DNA of 64,000 bases from Octopus vulgaris (Eukaryota): assembly GCA_951406725.2 (NCBI GenBank), contig OX597832.1, forward strand, positions 7,998,001 to 8,062,000, in the 5' to 3' direction. Of this stretch, positions 54,710 through 64,000 are shown piece after piece. The translations under genes were made by a program, and so were the position numbers. The notes under the pieces are model-generated. The model made no database searches. It was not told the DNA's origin and was given only the letters and a program-made list of their open reading frames with translations. Position 1 is the first letter of the stretch. Every line of letters begins with the position of its first letter.

Positions 54710-54941
54710 TAACTAGCGGGTTCAAATAATCGGTGGCCCCGCGCAGTTGTCGAATGGTATCCGCGCGAGCGGAAACGACCACCCGGAAGGCCTCCACGAC
54801 GGTGGAGTTACGATTTCAGGAGAACGATTGGGATCACGTGGATAAGAAAGGCGCGATCCAGAGAGGAGTGGAGAGCGTGCTGTGACCAGCGGTGTCAATT
54901 GGACGCTCGACGGACTGTTCGGTCAAGGTGATCAAGGTGAT
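54710..54941 (+). mobile_element. RTE-clade LINE 3' end (little decayed)
   Basis: NNRWPRAVVEWYPRERKRPPGRPPRRWSYDFRRTIGITWIRKARSREEWRACCDQRC; tail (CAAGGTGAT)2; CpGs retained. Confidence 0.88.
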
Positions 54942-54979
54942 AACTACCAGGTAGAATTCTCATTGAAACAATCTCTCGT

Positions 54980-55113
54980 AATGTAATTTCAATGAATCAG
55001 ACAAAACAAAAATTGTAAAATTCTAAAAGTAGAAAAATACACGACAAAGAAAAACGTTTTGCAACATGCTTCATTTACAATTTTTGTTTTGTCTGATTCA
55101 CTGAAATTACATT
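54980..55113. repeat. Inverted repeat, 40-bp arms, 54-bp spacer
   Basis: AATGTAATTTCAATGAATCAGACAAAACAAAAATTGTAAA vs TTTACAATTTTTGTTTTGTCTGATTCACTGAAATTACATT (one mismatch). Confidence 0.9.
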
Positions 55114-57882
55114 TTTAAGGTAGACTAAATGTAATGAACTGGAAATTGTGGCTTCATCATCGGCTTAGATTTTGAGCTTGTGCCAAGATAATTAAGCCTC
55201 TCTTTAAAGAAGTTAAAACAGCAGGGACTTAAAGCCCACAGTGATCATATGTTACTGGGCAAATTGATGTGGTTGATATTTAAAGTTCAGTCTACGCAAA
55301 ACACAAAGGGATCCATTGCATAAAGGACAAAATGATGTTGTAAACGGGTGATGTACTGGAAAGGGAGGTAAATGGTATAGATGACCGTAAATTTAGGAAT
55401 GAATTTGCTGACAAAAAAAAACAACAACAAAAATAATGAAAGCTCAGGACAAATATCAACCGTTGAATCCCAACAGATATTTCAGAATTTCTAATGATTT
55501 GAAGTGCGGTGTTCAAACTTTATATCTTGCAAAATGACAAAATTAAGCCGGAGACGTCTTCAACCTCACTTATTGTTTTTAGGTCAAGGGGTTAATGCTG
55601 TTATAATGAACATTATTTTCTTCTCCGCACAATTTCTCTCTCTCTCTCTCTCTATATATATATGTGAAGTTCCCCTCCCTCAGACAGAGATTCACGTATA
55701 TAGGTTATATGTGTGTGAAAAAATAAAGAGAAAAGATGATTTATCCTCTAAAATAAATTGAATAGACTAAGATGACAGGAAAAAATATATTTTAAAATAA
55801 ATGTAAAAATATAATCTTCGCTCACTAAATAAAAATCATCTCTCACAATCATCCTTATCACCAACAAGAGCACGACGAACACTATCAAATATCAACTATA
55901 ATAACAGGAAGTCCATTCTTATAGTAACCAAACCGCAGCACTGATATTATTCATTATCTATATAAAAAAAGAGCTAAAAAATAATCGAAATACAGTGAAT
56001 GAAAAACATTGTTCATTAGATTGAAACTCCGGTCTGTGTGATACGAAAGTTCAGTGGGAAAATAAAGGCCTCTGCCACATACGGTTTATTTTCAGTAAAA
56101 TTGAACTTTGTCATTTGACAGATATTAAAGTAATATAGAAGTCGTCTGGAATTTCTGTGAGATAAGCTACTTTCTAATGTCGTAGGTTTCTCAGATATTA
56201 CGCTGATAAGTAATACCATTTTCTTCATCTTATAAATTTTTAGTTAGTGGTTATGTGGCAATAGTTTGCTAATCGCTGTAGCGTTGGTGATAAACTTTCA
56301 AGGATATGAATTTGCTAGTTTTACGTCATGAGGTTATGGTGGGTGTTGTTTGCGTTTAGCTCTACCTAAAAACGATGATGGAAATTCGATTAGACTTGAA
56401 GCTGGATAATGGAATGACTAGTCATGATTTGCCAATAAAAATTGGTGTTTAGCCCTAAATATTATTTGGTTTTGCTAAGAATATATTTCAAAATTAATGA
56501 ATATTAAATACACTTATACACGTACAGACACACACATGCACAAACACATACACACGAACATCTTTTCATACACATATACAGATTTACGCACATATATCCA
56601 CCCATAGAGAAGTATTTATTATTCATATAGTATGGTGTTTTATTTGAAGTAGCAAACGCCTTGCAATATTTATTTCCGCTGCGTAAAACTTTGAATAAAA
56701 ATCCCACTAGTGCCGTTTTGCCTTTCCCATTTCCGTTCGATCAAATGAATGGCCACTCAGGCATATAGAAGTCAGCATTCAATCAAATTTATTCTGTGGT
56801 TGCAAGTATTTACTCTTGAGCCAATATGAATCGGGCGATATGTGTATACTTGCATCATGGATTCTTAGTAAATTACCAGCTGATTAAAGAATCATGTTTG
56901 CATAAATTCACATTAGATTTCAGGATTTGACCACGGGCTACAATGAAACCTTAATTCATTTAGTTTGTTCATTCGAAATATTTCCTGCTAATTGTTTATT
57001 ATGTAACTTAGCAAATAGTGATTATCAATAGTGCACCGCACAAGATGTTTCTTAGAATAGACTTTCAATATCACCACCAGATATGTTGGTCTTCTTTGTC
57101 GAATTCAGCCTTTAGAAAGCATTCTCTACACGTATAGTTGTCTCGTCTCAGAATAAATAATATAATGTCTTACTACACTTCCCACTTTCATAAGGGCCCA
57201 AAATTTGTGATGATTTTCCACCTCTACCCACTTATTTCGAGTGTTCTCATGAATTTCTCCGGTCATTTCTTAAGGGATTCCTGAGTTTTTATGCGACCCC
57301 ATTGCAACCTGGCACATCATGCTTCTTCACCGCGTTTGGCACCGCTATCTTTCACAGGCATTGCGAAAGATTGTAAAAGAGTGCCGACTTTCTTTGGTTG
57401 GCCACATTCTCCATCTACACGACAGCAACATATGAACTCAACAGTGATAGCTGTCAGTATGTGTAAGAGGAACAAGCCGACGATCCGATAGCGGCGGTCA
57501 TTGAAAATAACCTGAAGACAGTTAACATCACGTAGAATGGCTGTGCAAAATTAACAGCCGATAGAACTCAGTGGAGGAATCTAGATTTACAATGCCCTCA
57601 GCAGGTCAGGAATTCGAACCTTAAAGTTAAAGCGGGTTCTGCTGGTTCCTTCCTTTCCTACCTATCTTACAGGTCTCACATTTAATTATGGGTTTACGTG
57701 CTTCCTCCTCTAAGCCATAAAATAGACGTTTTATATTCTGAATCCTAAATATCGTAGCACTCGACTTAGATCTTAATCTTCACTCCCAAGGTGAAATTAA
57801 ATACTAATGAAGACAAGCAACTCAAAAGACTACTAAATTTCATAAAAAAAGTAGCATAGTTAGTTATCAGAAATTATTGTAA

Positions 57883-58297
57883 GGCGGCGAACTGGCAGAA
57901 ACGTTAGCACGCCGGGCGAAATGCTTAGCGGTATTTCATCTGCCGTTACGTTCTGAGTTCAAATTCCGCCGAGGTCGACTTTGCCTTTCATCCTTTCGGG
58001 GTCGATAAAATAAGTACCAGTTACGCACTGGGATCGATATAATCGACTTAATCCCTTTGTCTGTCCTTATTTGTCCTCTCTGTGTTTAGCCCCTTGTGGG
58101 TAGTAAAGAAATAGGTATTTCATCTGCTGTTACGTTTTGAGTTCAAATTCCGCCGAGGTCGACTATGCCTTTCATTCTTTCGGGGTCGATAAAATAAGTA
58201 GCAGTTGCGCACTGGGGTCAATGTAATCGACTTAATCCCTTTGTCTGTCCTTGTTTGTCCCCTCTATGTTTAGCCCCTTGTGGGCAATAAAGAAATA
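57883..58297 (+). mobile_element. SINE family B, internally duplicated, 14-bp TSD
   Basis: TSD AGAAATTATTGTAA at 57869-57882 and 58298-58311; A-box-like TGGCAGAAACG, B box GAGTTCAAATTC; central GTCGACTTTGCCTTTCATCCTTTCGGGGTCGATAAAATAAGTACCAG resembles the Meta SINE domain. Confidence 0.92.
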
Positions 58298-59036
58298 AGA
58301 AATTATTGTAAATAGAAAAAATTGATTTGTACACTTTACAAAAACATGAGTGGGGGACCCTTGGTATTCCTTAAAGTCACGCTGTATTCTATATTACACA
58401 CAACGAAGCGTTTGTTATAAATAGAAAATAGCGTCATACAGGAGATACTAGGATACAACTGCAATACTATACATTCTCTCTTTCGTTTAAATTTTTATCA
58501 TGATAATGCATTGTATTGCCATCGTTGCTTTTATATTTAACATTGAAATGTTAATACTGAGGGAGCAATATGTTGCTGTATCTGTGGCTGTTGCCGTTGT
58601 TGCTGCAGTTGCTGCTGCGGTCGTTGGAGTTACTCTTATGTGTTCCCATTCAAATGATGATGAATTGATAACTTGGTTTTGTGTGCTTCGAAGCGGACAC
58701 TAACCTACGTTTTCACTGAATACGGGGAGACAACCTGACAACAACAGTTTTTCGTTTCACTCTACAAATATGTTTTCTTGCATTCTTGTTTAATTTATAC
58801 TCGTAGGCTCGCGCATACGCAAACAAAAAAACACACACACATACACACACACATTCACAAACAAACACAGACCTCCACACCAATACACACACATATACTT
58901 ACCATAGGCTTCTGTCAACTTCCTTCTACGAAATACATACACAAACACATACACATAAACACATACACTCACACAAACACATAGACATACACACACATGC
59001 AAATACACTTACACACGCATATATATATATACACAT

Positions 59037-59101
<65 letters not shown>

Positions 59102-59485
59102 CATACATATATTAAAAATGGATGCGTGAGCAAATATTTATTCCAAAATATTGCACTATATATATATATAAATATATATATGAAAAAACAAGTCAAGATA
59201 GAAAATGCTAAAATAATTTTATAAAGAAGATTTCAGTACCGGTTTCAGTCATTTTGAGACATATTCAACTGTAACGATTAAATAATTAAATTTAGAAAAA
59301 TTAAAAGAAAAGTTTTTTGAAAGAATATTTGTATATTGTTCAATATAAGTGGCATTTTCCTTGTTTCTGCCTTTCTCTGTCTCTCTTGTTTACACTTGTG
59401 TATTCGAGGTCGTTATACATTTATATATGTGTGTGTCTGAGTATGCCTGTGTGTATGTATATGTAAATATATAAATATATATGTA

Positions 59486-59650
59486 GGCGCAAAATTGGCT
59501 GTGTGGTAAGTAGCTTGCTTACCAACCACATGGTTTCGGGTTAATCATCCTGCGTGGCACCTTGGGTAAGTGTCTTCTACTATAGCCTCAGGTTGACCAA
59601 AGCCTTCTGAGTGGACTTGGAAGACGGAAACTGAAAGAAACCCGTCATAT
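59486..59650 (+). mobile_element. SINE family A, 5' half
   Basis: Matches 61720-61885; ends at the internal (TA)n. Confidence 0.88.
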
Positions 59651-59799
59651 GAATAAATATATATATATATATATATAAAACACAGTGTACATTTAAACAC
59701 ATAAGAGATGGCCATAATAGGACATCTAACCCGCTAGAAGGAGTAGTTAGGGGTAATTTCACAAGGGATATGTACACTGTATTTATATGAATAATATAT

Positions 59800-61165
59800 T
59801 GTCTAATGACTGGTTTGATGAACATCCTATTAAAAGCTTTCAACTTTACCCTGTCACCCACCACTAATCTCATTAAACTAAAATGTGATATTGAAGATTT
59901 CAACCACCACCTCCGACAGAAATTTTCGGCAATAAGGACATAAATGATGAATCAATAGTCAGAAACAAATCCCACTTCACCCCCTACAAGGGAAATGACA
60001 AATATTTGGACACGTATATAGATACAATTCCAAAATTTCCCCTAAATACCTACAGATACAAACAAAACTCTCTTGAAGATGAACAGGAAGCCTTACTAAC
60101 ACTGTAGAATGACAAATTAATCATCCTGAAAGAATCCAATGAGGGAGGGGCGAGAATAATAATGGACAAGGAGTATTATAAAGATAAAATATTGGAAACA
60201 CTAACAAACCAAACCTACTACAAGGAAGAAACAAGACACCCAGAAAAAACAATAATGAATAAAATCAGAAGACTAATCAATGAAAGAGAGCAAATTCTAC
60301 GGATTGTTCAAAATACACAAAAGCTCCGAAATACAAAATGCCATACATACGCAGAAGAACAAATACATAAAATTATTAAAGCCTGCTGACCTCAAACTAA
60401 GACCCATATTGGTGCTGCACCAACAAACCAACTTAGTCACTTTTTAGATATACCCCTAAAAAGCTTTGTACCCTTCAAAACCTAGTTATATACGGGATGG
60501 CAAAGACTCCATCCAGCACCTCCCACCCACTGTCCCAGAAGGGACTATACTTACACATTTTAATGTCAACCAATCGTTATATCAATATACCTCACACTTT
60601 ATTCCTGGAAGCAGTCAAGATCTGGGTACAGAAACATGGAGGTCAGATAAATGAATGTTTCAAGACTGACTTGATCACCAAGGCCTGGTACTAGAAAAAA
60701 CACCTTTAGATTCGATAATAAGTCATATCGTCACAAAAAGGCACGGCTATGGGAGCGCGGTTTGCACCCTCATATACGAACTTTGTCATAGATTACTTGG
60801 AAGAAAAACCTTATGAGGAAGTAGAGAAAACTTTTGATCAGGATTATAAGAAATATATATTTAAAAAGTGGAAACGCTTCCTTGATGATTGCGTCAATGT
60901 CTAGGAGAGAACAAATGAGGACCTAAGTATATTTAACAATATACTGAACACAATCACCCATCCATCAAATTCACGACAGAATCCAGTTACCATGAATAAC
61001 CATTCCTGGATAGCCACATTAAAATACAGAACTCCACAGTCACAACAGACATATTTTACAAAAAACAAAAACAAAAAAAAAACTGACATGCACCAATATT
61101 TAAATTACTACTTGCCATCTATCACACAAAAAAAGAAACACCCCACACAGTATGGCAAGATGCAC
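59800..61165 (+). mobile_element. Second Penelope-like element, RT relic
   Basis: LLKAFNF; IILKESNEGGARIIMDKEYYKDKI; LKLRPI; TNQLSHFLD; SYIRD; YINIPH; GTAMGARFAPSYTN; WKRFLDDC (~60868-60890); HPSIKF; many frameshifts; endonuclease not seen. Confidence 0.88.
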
Positions 61166-61326
61166 CTGTTGCATGAAACGATCGTACTGCATTACCTCTG
61201 GATATCCTTGTTGTTTAATTTGATTTTAATCACCTTACTTTGAAAGTGTATGGATAATACTGTACTAAATGCTGGTGCCTCAACTTAAGTACGATATTCA
61301 TCCGAGAGAACAAAGAGTACGTACGC

Positions 61327-61379
<53 letters not shown>

Positions 61380-61384
<5 letters not shown>

Positions 61385-61660
61385 TACAAAATGTGACAAG
61401 GACGCAAAAGATCCGGATAGTTAAGTGATACAAGAAGGAACAGCAAAACACCCAGATAAACGATACAAAGAAAACAAGTACGGGTCATTCGAAGTTTTCT
61501 TTCTTCAGTCAAGCACCAGATTATCCTCGCAATTTCGGCTGATTATTCTTGAGATTGATCCAATCTGGCCAGCCCCAAGGAAAAACTAAATTAAGAGCAT
61601 TAGATTCCCTGGAAGAAGGCGGAGAATATATACATAAACAAGGACGAAAAAAAAAGGGAC
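61380..61660 (-). mobile_element. Short interspersed repeat, homologous to 43772-43900
   Basis: Reverse complement carries TCAGCCGAAATTGCGAGGAT..GACTGAAGAAAGAAAACTTCGAATGACCCGT; (TA)n on both sides. Confidence 0.75.
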
Positions 61661-61719
61661 AATGTTACACAAATATTAATACGATAAAAAATATAATAAT
61701 ATATATATATATATATATA

Positions 61720-62122
61720 GGCGCCGGAGTGGCTGTGTGGTAAGTAGCTTGCTAACCAACCACATGGTTCCGGGTTCAGTGCCACTGCGTGGCATCTTGG
61801 GCAAGTGTCTTCTGCTATAGCTCCGGGCCGACCAATGCCTTGTGAGTGGATTTGGTAGACGGAAACTGAAAGAAGCCTGTCGTATATATGTATATATATA
61901 TATGTGTTTGTTTGTGTGTCTGTGTTTGTTCCCCTAGCATTGCTTGACAACCGATGCTGGTGTGTTTACGTCTCCGTCACTTAGCGGTTCGGCAAAAAAG
62001 AGACCGATAGAATAAGTACTGGGCTTACAAAGAATAAGTCCCGGGGTCGAGTTGCTCGATTAAAGGCGGTGCTCCAGCATGGCCGCAGTCAAATGACTGA
62101 AACAAGTAAAAGAGAAAGAGAA

Positions 62123-62123
<1 letters not shown>
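61720..62123 (+). mobile_element. SINE family A, full length, in (TA)n
   Basis: tRNA-like head (TGGCTGTGTGG; GGTTCAGTGCC), CTTGGGCAAGTGTCTT, internal TA/TG repeat, tail GGCGGTGCTCCAGCATGGCCGCAGTCAAATGACTGAAACAAGTAAAAGAG. Confidence 0.92.
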
Positions 62124-62175
<52 letters not shown>

Positions 62176-62996
62176 TATTATATGCATTGTGATACTCTAG
62201 CATTACGTATGTTTCTAACTTGTAAACATCGTTTGTTCATGCAAAACAAAAAATTGAAAAACACCTTAAGGAAAGAAAAAATACACTATTTCTGTTGTTT
62301 CTACTCCGATATTTATAGCATGATGCTCATCTCTATAACACGGGAATTTATTTTTCTAATTTGTAACTATTATACTGATGTTTTTTTTCATACAAAAATA
62401 CGAAATTAAAAGAAAACTAACTTTAATTTTCAATACAAAACATCGAAATTACAGTGTATACATAGACATACTTCCAAACGCAAGAACTCACAGGAACACA
62501 TACACACACACGCAAACACTCGCACACACACATGCGCGCGGGCACACACACACACATGCGCGTGCGCACACACACACTTATATATTTAAATGTTCATAGA
62601 ACAGTTTACCTTCCCTCTGGCACCTTAAGATAAAAAGAAAAAAAGGAAAAAGTAGTAAAAAAAGAAAAAAAGTGCAAAAACAAAAGTGCTCTCAGTGATG
62701 ACTGCACCCCATCCCAGGGGAGATCACCATCCTTGAACTCATTTCAATAGAATGGTAAATGATTAAATAAATGAATTAGAAATCAAAATATCTCTCTCTC
62801 TTTCTCTCTCTCTCTCTATCTATCTATCAACAAAGCAAAAGAATATGTTTTATATAAATAAATAACCTGTTTGTACATTCACAAAAAAAGTATTTGACTA
62901 GTTCAAAAACGAACGGAAGCGCTTTAATAATGGATAAAAAAAAAATTACTTTTCCAAAATTTTGGTGACCACCTCCTTTGTCAGTATTCAATATCT

Positions 62997-63194
62997 ACAA
63001 GGCGGCGAGTAGGCAGAAAAGTTAGTATACCGTGTGAAATGCCTAGCGGTTCTGAGTTCAAATTCCGCCGAGCTCGATTTTGCCTTTCATCCTTTCGGCT
63101 TCAATAAATTAAGTACCAGTTCAGTACTGAGATCGATCTAATCAACAGTCCCCCTTCCCTAAAATTTCGGGCCTTGTGCCTAGACTAAAAGGAA
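62997..63194 (+). mobile_element. SINE family B
   Basis: Family B body; imperfect TSD TATT(C/T)AATATCT at 62985-62996 and 63195-63206. Confidence 0.85.
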
Positions 63195-63361
63195 TATTTA
63201 ATATCTGTACACCATTTCTAACATTCTATACATACATTCATACATGCTAACACACACACACGCAAACGCACACGCACACACACTTATATATACATACATA
63301 TACGTATGTATATATAAGGCTATATATCTGCATATCTATCCAGCCAGCCATATATATATAT

Positions 63362-63403
63362 ACTAGCATTAAAGACCCGTCGTTGCCGGGTCATAGTGCT
63401 AGT
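63362..63403. mobile_element. Helitron-like 3' terminus in (TA)n
   Basis: ACTAGCA-ttaaa-GACCCG-tcgttgc-CGGGTC-atag-TGCTAGT; the loop reads GCAACG on the minus strand, as in the other Helitron hairpins here. Confidence 0.6.
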
Positions 63404-63410
63404 GCATGTA

Positions 63411-63449
<39 letters not shown>

Positions 63450-64000
63450 TACATGTACATTTATATATATATATATACATCTACACATAAAATACAAAAT
63501 ACAAAGTGATATCTTGATATCGCTAGTGATAACAATACTCAAAATATATAACAGACTGGAATTGTTAGCCCGCCTCTTGTAATTTCGATCAATTGTATCT
63601 TGTCCTCCCTCTTGTATAGAAGTGTGGTTACAAACCAGCCTACCTCTACTTCGGTGGGGGGGGGGGATTTTAAACCTTTTTCCGGGACGTCCTACGTCCC
63701 AGATATAAAGGGAAAAATAAAATATTTCCACTTTGCAAGTTCGAGTCGAGTACTCCCTTGCACGTTTCGTTGACTCGAACCTTGCTTCTATTGTAGCGAA
63801 TTTACCGCCTTTGATTAGATATCTTTCATAGTCGCACCAAGACACTTTTGAAGGTGCTTTCCTCCATGTGTTCAAATCTTCTGTTTTCTCTACATTGTAT
63901 ACTTTATAGACAATAGTCTTTTCTTTAATTTAATTTTTTATTATCCATCTGGACTATTCCTTTTCTGCACGCTAATCTTATTTTTAATTTATTCCCATTC

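Noticed and set aside
63399-63875. 158-aa minus-strand ORF
   Set aside because: No recognisable domain; runs into (TA)n.

Overview
AT-rich, microsatellite-dense eukaryotic DNA; the SINE families and repeat landscape suggest an octopod cephalopod (inference). No host protein-coding exon or intact RNA gene could be supported, and nearly all long ORFs in the track are microsatellite translations or decayed transposon fragments. The window is a layered transposon graveyard: two Penelope-like elements (one near full length), several R4/Dong-type RLE LINE fragments sitting in (TAA)n/(TAG)n, RTE and CR1-type LINE ends, a Gypsy integrase relic, three mariners, a Tc1/maT-like relic, a Merlin (IS1595-like) relic, non-autonomous Helitrons and at least four tRNA-derived SINE families. 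The signals most worth follow-up are: (i) minimal hammerhead-ribozyme motifs in several unrelated repeats and foldbacks that show compensatory swaps at the core 3-8 pair (C-G, G-C, U-A); (ii) a tRNA-like Pol III promoter placed upstream of the hammerhead in a Penelope 3' end; (iii) six GACGTCA-N12-CCAAT modules with invariant spacing; (iv) two SINE/LINE 3'-tail partnerships visible within the window; (v) a two-way Helitron-like terminus. All family assignments come from manual motif recognition, not database searches.
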